From contig JAZTWA010000020.1 in NCBI GenBank assembly GCA_045635585.1, forward strand, positions 2,426-66,425: a stretch of DNA of 64,000 nucleotides, in the 5' to 3' direction. Below are positions 44,135 through 52,949 of this stretch, piece by piece. The DNA comes from Candidatus Enterousia sp. Lineage in GTDB: Bacteria > Pseudomonadota > Alphaproteobacteria > Rs-D84. The notes beneath the pieces were generated by a model that had not been told where the DNA came from, searched no databases, and was given only the letters and a program-made list of their open reading frames with translations. Position 1 is the stretch's first letter, and every line of letters starts with the position of its first letter. A program made the translations under genes and the position numbers.

Positions 44135-45310
44135 ATGAAAAAGAATTTATTCGCGTTATTTTTATCGCTTTTGTGTCTGGGGGCGCGTGCCGCCGACTTT
44201 AAAACCAAGGCAAAATCTGCATTCTTAATCGACTACGATTCTGGCACAGAAATTATTGCAAAAAATGCAGACACATTAATGCCACCATCTTCGATGATTA
44301 AATTAATGACGTTGGCGCTGTTGTTCGACGAAGTTAAGGCAGGCAATCTGACACTGGATTCACGAATTACGGTTGGCCCAAATGCCGATTACAACAGACC
44401 AGAATGGTATCCCGCCAGTAAAATATGTCTGGTCGCCGGTCAGACAATCACTGTGCGCGATTTAATTTTGGGACTGATTGTGTTATCAGGCGGCGATGCA
44501 TCTGTGGTTGTCGCGGAAAAATTGGCAGGAACCGAAGAAGCATTTACACAGATGATGCGCGACAAAGCACGCAGTATTGGAATGAACCAATCAACATTTG
44601 GTAATGCCAGTGGACTGCCCAATCCAAATAATTTGATGACCAGTCGTGAATTAGCAATCTTGGCACAACACCTGATTACAGACTATCCAGATTTATATCC
44701 GATGTTTGCCACAAAACGATTTGAATTTAACGAACATCAAACAAACTGGTGCCGCGAATGGGGACGTACACATACACTGAATTACAACAAATTATTATTC
44801 AATATGCGTGGCGCTGATGGATTAAAAACAGGTCATACAAATGACGGCGGATATGGCATGGTCGCCAGTGCAAAAATCGGCGACAGACGATTAATCGGTA
44901 TATTAAATGGTTTTAACGGCAAAGGACATGATGCATTGGCCAACGAGATGAAAAAACTATTGGAATATGGTTTTAAAAACACTATAACCAAGACTTTTGT
45001 TCGTGCGGGCGATGTTGTTGCAAAAATCCCTGTTTGGTATGGACGTGTACCAACCGTTGATGCAACCGTTTCTGAAACATTTGCAATAACATTACCAACA
45101 GAAAATAGTATGAATGGGGTACGCGTTTTGGCACGATATGACGAACCAATTAATGCACCAATTATGGCCGGCGACGTTATCGGCGAAATAATCGCAGAAC
45201 AAAATGGCACAGTAATAAAACGCGCACCACTGGTTGCCAAAGAACACGTCAGAAAAACACAATTCTTTGGACGCGCGATTAAAAATATTCGCGTAATGTT
45301 GGGGTTGTAA
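44135..45310 (+). CDS. D-alanyl-D-alanine carboxypeptidase (PBP5/6 family)
   Basis: Signal peptide MKKNLFALFLSLLCLGARA; SxxK motif (PPSSMIKLMT); SGGD at the SxN position; KTGHT (KTG). Start moved to ATG 44135. Confidence 0.9.
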   Translation: MKKNLFALFLSLLCLGARAADFKTKAKSAFLIDYDSGTEIIAKNADTLMPPSSMIKLMTLALLFDEVKAGNLTLDSRITVGPNADYNRPEWYPASKICLVAGQTITVRDLILGLIVLSGGDASVVVAEKLAGTEEAFTQMMRDKARSIGMNQSTFGNASGLPNPNNLMTSRELAILAQHLITDYPDLYPMFATKRFEFNEHQTNWCREWGRTHTLNYNKLLFNMRGADGLKTGHTNDGGYGMVASAKIGDRRLIGILNGFNGKGHDALANEMKKLLEYGFKNTITKTFVRAGDVVAKIPVWYGRVPTVDATVSETFAITLPTENSMNGVRVLARYDEPINAPIMAGDVIGEIIAEQNGTVIKRAPLVAKEHVRKTQFFGRAIKNIRVMLGL

Positions 45311-45311
45311 A

Positions 45312-46217
45312 ATGGCACCACGAAAAAAAACATCTTTGGATTACGAATTTCCACATCCAATGGACAACGATTATATGGTTGGACATTCAGAAACACTGCG
45401 CAACTTTGTGAACGCATGGGGAAATCGTGAAACGCATCCAATACACCCTGTTTGGATGTTGACCGGACCAATGGGAATCGGCAAGGCGACACTGGCATAC
45501 AAAATTGCAAAAATGGTATATGGAAATGTTGGCGACTTTTTCATTATTGACCAAGAACGCAATATCGATAAAGACGGAAAAACAAAATCAGACAGCAAGA
45601 CAATTTCTGTGTACACAGTGCGCGCAATGATGAATAAAATGCAACTGTCTTCTATGTCGGGTGATTGGCGCGTAGTTTTAATTGATTCCGTTGATCAATT
45701 AAATACCGCCGCATCAAATGCGATATTAAAACTATTGGAAGAACCACCCGCAAAAACATTATTCCTGTTGGTTGTACACCAATTGGCAAACGTATTACCA
45801 ACCGTTCGTTCGCGTTCACGCGTTGAAAAAATGCGACCGTTGACGATATCACAACTGCGCGAACTGTGTGCCAAATTTATCCCAGAAGAAGACGTCAGCA
45901 CAGAAACACTGAAGTTGGCAAATGGCAGTTTTGGTCGTATTGCAAATCTGAAAAAATCGGGCGGTGATGCGATTTATGCCGAACTGATTGAAATTCTGAA
46001 CAACAAACACGCAACCAGTGCGGACGTTATGGGATTGGCAAAAAAAATTGCACCTGCACCAGAATTGTATGGAATCTTGTTAGACGCAATTGCTTATTTC
46101 GGTTTGGCAGAACTATATCCAGTTGCGACACATTCAATTGCCGATATAAAAAATATATATTTAGAACCAGAAATTGGTATCTTTAAGATAATTATGGAAA
46201 TAAAAAAATGTTTATAG
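45312..46217 (+). CDS. holB: DNA polymerase III subunit delta'
   Basis: GHSETLRNFVNAW...HPVWMLTGPMGIGKATLAYKIA (AAA+ P-loop-like), VVLIDSVDQLN, SRS motif (TVRSRSR). Confidence 0.8.
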   Translation: MAPRKKTSLDYEFPHPMDNDYMVGHSETLRNFVNAWGNRETHPIHPVWMLTGPMGIGKATLAYKIAKMVYGNVGDFFIIDQERNIDKDGKTKSDSKTISVYTVRAMMNKMQLSSMSGDWRVVLIDSVDQLNTAASNAILKLLEEPPAKTLFLLVVHQLANVLPTVRSRSRVEKMRPLTISQLRELCAKFIPEEDVSTETLKLANGSFGRIANLKKSGGDAIYAELIEILNNKHATSADVMGLAKKIAPAPELYGILLDAIAYFGLAELYPVATHSIADIKNIYLEPEIGIFKIIMEIKKCL

Positions 46218-46960
46218 ATACACACTGTCATTTAACAGACGCATATACCGACGGTGCAGACAAAATTATAAAACGCGCAATCGAAGCCAATGTTGGTATT
46301 ATGATTTGCCCAACCGCCAATCCAGAAGATATTGAATCCGCATTAGACATAGCAAATAAATATGACAATATATTTTGCACAATTGGAATTCACCCAGAAT
46401 ACACAAACAGCGACGCAAAACAATATTTAACAGATACTGTATTAAACAACCCACGCGTCGTTGGGGTTGGCGAAATCGGTTTGGATTATCATTATGCGCG
46501 CGAAACACGCGATGCACAAATAAAACTGTTTGAGCAACAATTAGATATAGCAAAAAAATACGCCCTGCCCGTCGCAATTCATACACGCGATGCCGAAGCA
46601 GATACCGCCGCCATCTTAACCGGGGACGTTCTTGGTGTTATGCACTGTTTTACCAGTTCATGGGATTTGGCAAAAAAAATGCTGGATCGCGGATTCTTCT
46701 TTTCCGCCAGCGGTATATTAACATTCAAAAACGCAGACGATATTCGCGAAACATTTGCAAAAATACCAAACGACAGAATTGTAATCGAAACAGATGCACC
46801 ATACTGCGCACCCGTACCATACCGCGGAAAAACATGTGAACCCGCAATGGTAATCGAAACCGCACACGTTTTGGCACAAATTAAAAATTTGCAAATGGAC
46901 GATTTAGAAACTATACTGATGCAAAACGTTAAACAATTATATCCAAAAATAAAATTATAG
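46208..46960 (+). CDS. tatD: TatD-family metal-dependent hydrolase
   Basis: FIDTHCHL start, GEIGLDYHY, IHTRDA, HCF and IETDAPY motifs. Confidence 0.9.
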   Translation: MFIDTHCHLTDAYTDGADKIIKRAIEANVGIMICPTANPEDIESALDIANKYDNIFCTIGIHPEYTNSDAKQYLTDTVLNNPRVVGVGEIGLDYHYARETRDAQIKLFEQQLDIAKKYALPVAIHTRDAEADTAAILTGDVLGVMHCFTSSWDLAKKMLDRGFFFSASGILTFKNADDIRETFAKIPNDRIVIETDAPYCAPVPYRGKTCEPAMVIETAHVLAQIKNLQMDDLETILMQNVKQLYPKIKL

Positions 46961-46962
46961 TT

Positions 46963-47433
46963 ATGGCACGACAGATTATAAAATTTGGTCAGGTTTCTGA
47001 AAATCGCAAGGCGCGATTTAATTATTCTATTGAAGACACAATAGAGGCCGGTATTTCTTTAACCGGCGCAGAAATAAAATCTATTCGATATGGATTGGTT
47101 ACGATTGTTGATGGGTTTGTGCAAAGACGTGGCGACAATTTATTCTTGGCGGGTGTCGAAATCCAAAAATTACCAACCGCGGCCCGCATTGTTAATTTTG
47201 ACGAAAGACGTAGTCGCCAATTATTATTGCACCGCAATCAAATAAATCGATTAATTGGAAAACTGCAAGAAAAAGGCGCAACAATTGTGCCATTAAAACT
47301 GTACTTTAACAATCGTGGTAAATTAAAGGTTTTATTGGGTATTGGGTATGGAAAAAACAAGGTTGACAAGCGCGAAACAATCAAACAGCGCGAATGGGAC
47401 AAAAACAAAGCCCGAATAATGAAAGGAAATTAA
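46963..47433 (+). CDS. smpB: SsrA-binding protein
   Basis: NRKARFNYSIEDTIEAGISLTGAEIKSIR...LLLHRNQI...GATIVPLKLYF: the canonical SmpB sequence pattern. Confidence 0.95.
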   Translation: MARQIIKFGQVSENRKARFNYSIEDTIEAGISLTGAEIKSIRYGLVTIVDGFVQRRGDNLFLAGVEIQKLPTAARIVNFDERRSRQLLLHRNQINRLIGKLQEKGATIVPLKLYFNNRGKLKVLLGIGYGKNKVDKRETIKQREWDKNKARIMKGN

Positions 47434-47436
47434 CAT

Positions 47437-47462
47437 ATCCCCAAATACATGGGGATTTTTTA
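47437..47462 (+). terminator. Intrinsic terminator after smpB
   Basis: ATCCCC-aaatacat-GGGGAT followed by TTTTTT. Confidence 0.75.
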
Positions 47463-47690
47463 TTATAAACTTGATTTTACGCAAAAAAGCACTATTATAT
47501 AACCAGAGAATGTTGTCATCGACACACGTCATGACAAAAAGGATTTATCCCTGTGTCTTTATTATTGAAAATAAAATACAATGGGATTGTGGGTGCACAA
47601 CCACAGATTCACTGTGTATAAAGACTTTGTTCTTTATCGATAATGAATTGGGTGGTTGTGCGGAATATTAACAAAAACAAAGGATATTAA

Positions 47691-49490
47691 ATGGTAAAAG
47701 TAAAAGAAAAAAAGACTGCACCAACAAAAAAAGGCGCAAAACCTGAAACGCCACGCGCAATTCGTGGCATGAACAAACATGAATCTGATGCAAATGACGA
47801 TAAAGTATATTTTATGGCACTGGGCGGATTGGAACACATCGGCCAGAATATGTATGTGTATAAATACAAAGGCAAATACTTAATCGTTGATTGTGGAATG
47901 GGATTCTTGGAAGAAGAAATTGGTGCTGGTGATGTTCAGTACTGTGATACAACATGGTTGGAAAAACGTAAAAAAGACGTGGTTGGCTTTGTTATCACAC
48001 ATGGACACGAAGATCATATTGGGGCACTGAAATTTATATGGCCAAAATTCAGAAAACCAATTTACTGCACACGATTCCCCGCAGAAATATTGCGCAGAAC
48101 ATTTGATGGAATCGAAATGGATTACGACAAGAAAAAAGACATTGTTGAATTCGATCATAACGGCGCAACATTGGATTTGAATCCATTTACAGTCGAAACA
48201 TTTCACGTAACACACAGTGTACCCGAAGCGCAAATGTTAATAATTAAAACAGGCGCTGGGAAAATCTTGCATACGGGCGACTGGACATTTAACGATGACA
48301 ATCCAATCGAAGCAACGACTGATTTTGCACGTTTGACCGAAATCGGTTCTGATCCAAAGTTATTGGCATGTATGTGCGATTCCACAAATTCGTCGCGTCA
48401 GGCAAAACAGGTTACAGAAACACAAGTACGTGATACTTTGACCGAAATTATGAAAAATGCCCCAGGACGTGTTTTGGTAACTGGATATTCACGCAGTTTG
48501 GCACGTATCAAAATGTTTTCACAGGCTGCGCGTGCCGCCGGTCGTGTTGCCGCAATCAAAGAACGCAGTAACCCAAATCCGGTACCATATGTTGGATTGC
48601 CCGAATTCCGCGAAATGGGAATTAAATTTGGATATTTAAATAAAGATGACGTTTATCTGCACAGCGAAATCAAAGATTTACCGGCAGAAAAACAGGCAAT
48701 CTTTTTAACTGGTTCACAGGGTGAAAAGTTTGCAATGCTGACACGTCTGTGCCATGGTCAGGTTAAAGAATTAAAACTGCAACCAACCGACACAATTGTG
48801 TTCAGTGCAATTATTATCCCAGGACGCGAACAAGATGTATCATATCTATATAACAAATTGGCGCGCATGGGCGTTAAAACACATACAATCTTTGATACAG
48901 ACAACCTGCACGCCAGTGGGCATGCCGGCCGTCAAGAATTGGAAAGATTTTATGACATGGTTCACCCCCAAGTTTCTGTGCCAATGCATGGTGATTACAT
49001 TAATGAAATGTTAAACGGCAAAATGGCGATGGAACGCGGTGGCGCAAAGCATATGATGGTTGTTCATAATGGCGAAATGGTCGCATTATCTGACGGAAAC
49101 GAACCATACGTTGCCGAAACAATCGAAACCAGTTACGTCGTTATGGAAGGTGAAACAGAACGCAGCGCAAATGACCAAGTATATAAAAACCGCAAAAAGA
49201 TTGCATCAAATGGCGCGGTGTTTGTAACACTGCCGGTTGACAAGCGCGGATTCTTAAAGGGCGTTCCCGAAGTATCCAGTGCCGGTATATTTGAAACAGA
49301 CGAAACAGGATTTATGAAACGTCAGATTCAAATTGAAATTACAAACGCAATTAACGGATTAACAAAAACCGAACGCAAAGACAAAAACAATCTGATACGT
49401 GCGGTCCAAATTGCATCAAACAAAGTTGTTCGTGCCGCATTGGGCGCCGACAAAAAGCCACAATATAGTGTGCACTTTGTTCAAAAATAA
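47691..49490 (+). CDS. rnj: Ribonuclease J (metallo-beta-lactamase / beta-CASP)
   Basis: ALGGLEHIGQNMY...IVDCG...ITHGHEDHIGAL motifs, ~600 aa with a basic N-terminal extension. Confidence 0.9.
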   Translation: MVKVKEKKTAPTKKGAKPETPRAIRGMNKHESDANDDKVYFMALGGLEHIGQNMYVYKYKGKYLIVDCGMGFLEEEIGAGDVQYCDTTWLEKRKKDVVGFVITHGHEDHIGALKFIWPKFRKPIYCTRFPAEILRRTFDGIEMDYDKKKDIVEFDHNGATLDLNPFTVETFHVTHSVPEAQMLIIKTGAGKILHTGDWTFNDDNPIEATTDFARLTEIGSDPKLLACMCDSTNSSRQAKQVTETQVRDTLTEIMKNAPGRVLVTGYSRSLARIKMFSQAARAAGRVAAIKERSNPNPVPYVGLPEFREMGIKFGYLNKDDVYLHSEIKDLPAEKQAIFLTGSQGEKFAMLTRLCHGQVKELKLQPTDTIVFSAIIIPGREQDVSYLYNKLARMGVKTHTIFDTDNLHASGHAGRQELERFYDMVHPQVSVPMHGDYINEMLNGKMAMERGGAKHMMVVHNGEMVALSDGNEPYVAETIETSYVVMEGETERSANDQVYKNRKKIASNGAVFVTLPVDKRGFLKGVPEVSSAGIFETDETGFMKRQIQIEITNAINGLTKTERKDKNNLIRAVQIASNKVVRAALGADKKPQYSVHFVQK

Positions 49491-49493
49491 AAA

Positions 49494-49523
49494 TTGACGT
49501 GGGTATGACAATTTTGGTATCAT
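49494..49523 (+). promoter_or_regulatory. Candidate sigma70 promoter for the phase-variable gene
   Basis: TTGACG (49494-49499), 18 nt, TATCAT (49518-49523) with TG two nt upstream (extended -10 type). It overlaps the hairpin GGGTATGA...TCATACCC. Confidence 0.4.
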
Positions 49524-49551
49524 ACCCACACAGTTTTATAAAGAGAATATT

Positions 49552-50151
49552 ATGAATGTTGCCCATACATACATACATACATACATACATACATACATAC
49601 ATCGCTTGATTCTTTTAATTGTGCTGTGTTGCATGGGTACAAATAATGCATTTGCCGCAAACAAATATTTGGTATATAAATCCGACAAAATATCGTGCGA
49701 CAAGGTCGAACATGATAGTGGCAATTATGTTTATGCAGATTTTGAATTTTCATGTACAATACAATATGGGGAAAATTCTCTAAAATTTCCAATCAAGGGT
49801 TTTGCTATTGTTACCGAAGCAGATACAGATAATGATACCTGCGTTCCAGGCAGTTTTCAAAAGTCGCCGAAAAATCGATACAAAGATGCTTCGACAAACC
49901 CGGAAAATATTGGTATACAGTATGTATTGAAAAATTGTTGTTATTGCAAAATTTATTATCCCTTTGCAACAGAAAGTTTTTATACCCACATTTACCAAAA
50001 CCACCCAAAGTATGACTCTTGGACTGGAGACAATAATTATAACACCAATTGTATGGCATTCTGTAGAGACAGTATATTAGATAACGATGGTAATCCAGGT
50101 ATTCTAACCAAAATTATTGAGGCAGGAAATGAAATTATTAATAAAATTTGA
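49552..50151 (+). CDS. Secreted Cys-containing protein of unknown function; tetranucleotide tract in codons 5-17
   Basis: MNVA-(HTYI)3-H-RLILLIVLCCMGTNNAFA|ANKY: a signal peptide directly follows the repeat-encoded residues. The mature part shares CxCKIxxP-(28)-NCxxxC with the 50429..50860 ORF. Confidence 0.6.
   Translation: MNVAHTYIHTYIHTYIHRLILLIVLCCMGTNNAFAANKYLVYKSDKISCDKVEHDSGNYVYADFEFSCTIQYGENSLKFPIKGFAIVTEADTDNDTCVPGSFQKSPKNRYKDASTNPENIGIQYVLKNCCYCKIYYPFATESFYTHIYQNHPKYDSWTGDNNYNTNCMAFCRDSILDNDGNPGILTKIIEAGNEIINKI
49564..49602. repeat. (CATA)n tetranucleotide microsatellite, 9.75 units
   Basis: Direct count: a perfect 39-nt catacatacat... tract starting 12 nt after the ATG at 49552. 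Confidence 0.97.
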
Positions 50152-50434
50152 CATACTGTTTCTATGTTTTAGCTTTGTATCGTCTGAAATACATGCCGCC
50201 AAAAACATAACATCCCCCACAGCAAGCGACACAACAATACGCGAAGAAATGATGGTTATCGCAGATACCAAAAGCGAAGATTTGGTTCTTATATTCGAGG
50301 ATGTACCTTCATGTGTCGATTATCCCAACAAGCCTGTTTGTTATTATTTTTTGGACGGAACATCTGAAAAGCCGCAAGAATACGTTGACCAGGATGGTAA
50401 CATATTTGAAATATCAGGGACATGTGCCTTATAA
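50129..50434 (+). CDS. Small secreted protein, unknown function
   Basis: ATG at 50129 preceded by GAGG 6 nt upstream; MKLLIKFDILFLCFSFVSSEIHA signal peptide; overlaps the end of the preceding gene. Confidence 0.45.
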   Translation: MKLLIKFDILFLCFSFVSSEIHAAKNITSPTASDTTIREEMMVIADTKSEDLVLIFEDVPSCVDYPNKPVCYYFLDGTSEKPQEYVDQDGNIFEISGTCAL

Positions 50435-50860
50435 ATTCAACAAATCTTTCAGTTTATCGGCACAAACCTGTGCGCATGTTTTATCACAATTCAACGCAGG
50501 AACATGGGCGGCCGTTTCATTAGGATCTGTCACTTCAGAAGAAAACTCTTTACCAAGTGCCCATTCTTTAATTATCGGATGTATAATTTTGCAAAAACAA
50601 ACCTTATTTCTGTACACACGTGAAGACAAAGCAATAAAACCACTATCCCCCAATTCCACCCCACATGCCGCCAGACCACGTATCGTTATACCATTGCATG
50701 CAACAGACCAATCCAGCGAAAAATCCGGTGCCGTTGCAGGTTTTCCATCACACGCCGTTTTTAACCCATCAACATCTACACGCATCGTAACGGTGGCATA
50801 AGATACATTTGAATACAATAACGATAACAAGGTTAACAAAAACACTGATTTTTTTGGCAT
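50429..50860 (-). CDS. Small secreted Cys-containing protein, paralogue of 49552..50151
   Basis: MPKKSVFLLTLLSLLYSNVSYA signal peptide. CFCKIIHPI-(28)-NCDKTC has the same spacing as CYCKIYYPF-(28)-NCMAFC in the neighbouring gene. Confidence 0.55.
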   Translation of the reverse strand: MPKKSVFLLTLLSLLYSNVSYATVTMRVDVDGLKTACDGKPATAPDFSLDWSVACNGITIRGLAACGVELGDSGFIALSSRVYRNKVCFCKIIHPIIKEWALGKEFSSEVTDPNETAAHVPALNCDKTCAQVCADKLKDLLNL

Positions 50861-50928
50861 ATTATTTCCACAATTGTTGACGTTTTGATTTTATCGCATA
50901 TCGTATTCAAATGTCAATAGCGTTATTG

Positions 50929-51253
50929 CTGGACTGCTTCGTTTCGCTCGCAATGACAAGGGTGGGGATAATGTGTTTTTTCTTTGTCATTGCGATGGGA
51001 GTGTAACGACCGACGCAATCCAGAAGATGTGGCTGATTACTGGATTGCCGCGCTACGCTCGCAATGACAAGGGGGCTGGATTGCCGCGCTGCGCAATGGC
51101 AAGGGTGGGGATAATGTGTTTTTTCTTTGTCATTGCGATGGGAGTGTAACGACCGACGCAATCCAGATGATGTGGCTGATTACTGGATTGCTTCGCTCCA
51201 CTCGCAATGACAAAGGAATGACTGGATTGCTTCGCTCCGCTCGCAATGACAAA
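50929..51253. repeat. Largest cluster of the palindromic intergenic repeat family
   Basis: Two copies of gtgttttttctttgtcattgcgatgggagtgtaacgaccgacgcaatccaga and at least five inverse units (ctggattgc..cgct.cgctcgcaatgacaa). Confidence 0.9.
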
Positions 51254-51281
51254 TACGGACGGATAAATCATGATAAAAAAT

Positions 51282-51311
51282 AAAAAATCCCGCACAAAGC
51301 GGGATTTTTTA
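51282..51311 (-). terminator. Intrinsic terminator after rpsD (structurally bidirectional)
   Basis: AAAAAATCCCGC-acaa/tttg-GCGGGATTTTTT. Confidence 0.75.
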
Positions 51312-51326
51312 CTTTCGCCTTCTCTA

Positions 51327-51959
51327 TTAACGAGAATAGAATTCGACAACCAATTCTGGGAACATTTGAACAGGATATGGTACATCTGCGAATGCAGGTA
51401 CACGTACAAATGTCGCAGTAAAGTTTGCACTGTCCACAGAAACATAATCTGCAAAGTTGCGTTCGCCAGATTCCAATGCCAATACAACCAATGGCATTTG
51501 TTTTGCTTTTTCACTGACAGTGATGACATCACCAGGTTTTACCTGATATGATGCAATCTTAACGCGTTTGCCGTTTACGTTAATGTGACCATGGCTGATT
51601 AACTGGCGTGAAGAGAATACAGTTGGTGCCAATTTTGCACGATATACAACCGCATCCAAACGGCGTTCCAACAAACCAATCAAGTTTTCTGGTGTGTCGC
51701 CCTTCATATTGGCCGCTTCTAAATAATATTTGCGGAATTTCTTTTCACCAACGTTACCATAGTAACCTTTTAATGTCTGTTTTGCACGCATCTGTTTTGC
51801 GTAATCAGATGAGTTACCACCACGTGATGTTGGACCATGCTGACCAGGTTTATATTTACGTTTGTTAAATGGAGATTTAGCCTGACCCCATAAGTTAACG
51901 CCCAAGCTGCGTCCAATTTTTAATTTGCGTGTGCTGCGCTTTGCGCCTGCCCTTGCCAT
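51327..51959 (-). CDS. rpsD: 30S ribosomal protein S4
   Basis: ...[22 protein letters not shown]...LKGYYG...[19 protein letters not shown]...[11 protein letters not shown]: a close match to the alphaproteobacterial S4 pattern. Confidence 0.95.
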   Translation of the reverse strand: MARAGAKRSTRKLKIGRSLGVNLWGQAKSPFNKRKYKPGQHGPTSRGGNSSDYAKQMRAKQTLKGYYGNVGEKKFRKYYLEAANMKGDTPENLIGLLERRLDAVVYRAKLAPTVFSSRQLISHGHINVNGKRVKIASYQVKPGDVITVSEKAKQMPLVVLALESGERNFADYVSVDSANFTATFVRVPAFADVPYPVQMFPELVVEFYSR

Positions 51960-52076
51960 GTTTTATCCTTTTGTTTTTGGTTTTTTATTGTGCCGGATAT
52001 TTAACAGAATCCTTATCACAGATGGGACCAAAAAGCACCACTGTTTAATCAGTTCTGGTTACCCAGCGCGCGTATT

Positions 52077-52949
52077 TTATAGTATTTTGCCCGAAAAAGC
52101 AAGTATTTTATGCAAATTCGCAAAGTTTTTTACACCATGTCCTGACGCCATTTTTTGCGCAAGATCAAAATGACGCCCAATCTGATGCATCGCATGCGCA
52201 TCGTCACTGAATATCACCGGCACATTTTGTTCCGCAAGCATGCGCATAACACGTGATGACGGATACGGTTCATAACAATTACGACGTGAAAAACCACCCG
52301 TATTAATTTCTGTCGCCACACCATTTGCCGCCAGTGCACATACAGCGCCATATTCAGCATCATGCCATTCAGGCCCACACCCCATTCCAACCTTTTTGGG
52401 CAAATCCAGATGTGCAATCCATGAAAACATACCCGATTTGGCTGCGCTTGTTACATTATCCCAATAAATCTTTAACATTTTACGCGCATCTTCGGGCGAT
52501 TCTTGGGAAGCGGTATATATATCATGAACATTGCACAGACGACCATTATATTCAATTAAATGACATGCGCCAATTATGTAATCTGGTCGCAATTCACGAA
52601 CCGCACGTTCAAAACCACGTTGCCAATTGACGTCTTGGAAAAAGTCAACTTCCATTCCGCGCAAAACGCAAATATCGCGCGACGCCGCCGACACATGCGC
52701 CAATTCATTATAATGTGGCGCAAAACGCGACATAATCTGGGGAAAAGAATGTGAATAGATTTGTTCATATCCACCCTTTTGTGCATATTTATAAAATCTG
52801 GCACGCGAAACGTCGGGATGAACAATAAAATGATTTGATATACCAATGGTATGCATGCCACTATTTTTAGCCGCAGCAACCATTCCCGCAGCACTATGCA
52901 GACCATCAAACCCCATAGTATGTGTATGTAATGTAAATTTTTGTGTCAT
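52077..52949 (-). CDS. PHP-domain phosphoesterase (HisJ-type histidinol-phosphatase family)
   Basis: LHTHTMGFDGLHS N-terminal HxH motif; internal His/Asp-rich motifs (ACHLIE, IAHLDLP, FSDDAH), typical of the PHP fold. Confidence 0.7.
   Translation of the reverse strand: MTQKFTLHTHTMGFDGLHSAAGMVAAAKNSGMHTIGISNHFIVHPDVSRARFYKYAQKGGYEQIYSHSFPQIMSRFAPHYNELAHVSAASRDICVLRGMEVDFFQDVNWQRGFERAVRELRPDYIIGACHLIEYNGRLCNVHDIYTASQESPEDARKMLKIYWDNVTSAAKSGMFSWIAHLDLPKKVGMGCGPEWHDAEYGAVCALAANGVATEINTGGFSRRNCYEPYPSSRVMRMLAEQNVPVIFSDDAHAMHQIGRHFDLAQKMASGHGVKNFANLHKILAFSGKIL

Noticed and set aside
47463-47690. tmRNA (ssrA) next to smpB.
   Set aside because: I found no tRNA-like acceptor/T-arm (no GGTTCGA-type T-loop, no CCA-ending acceptor pairing) and no plausible tag reading frame ending in ...LAA. 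Alphaproteobacterial tmRNA is two-piece and usually lies elsewhere.
50929-51253. Possible CRISPR array, considered because of the multiple short repeats.
   Set aside because: The units occur in both orientations, the spacing is irregular (about 0-25 nt), the spacers are themselves conserved parts of a larger element, and no cas genes are in the window. This is a REP/MITE-like structure, not CRISPR.
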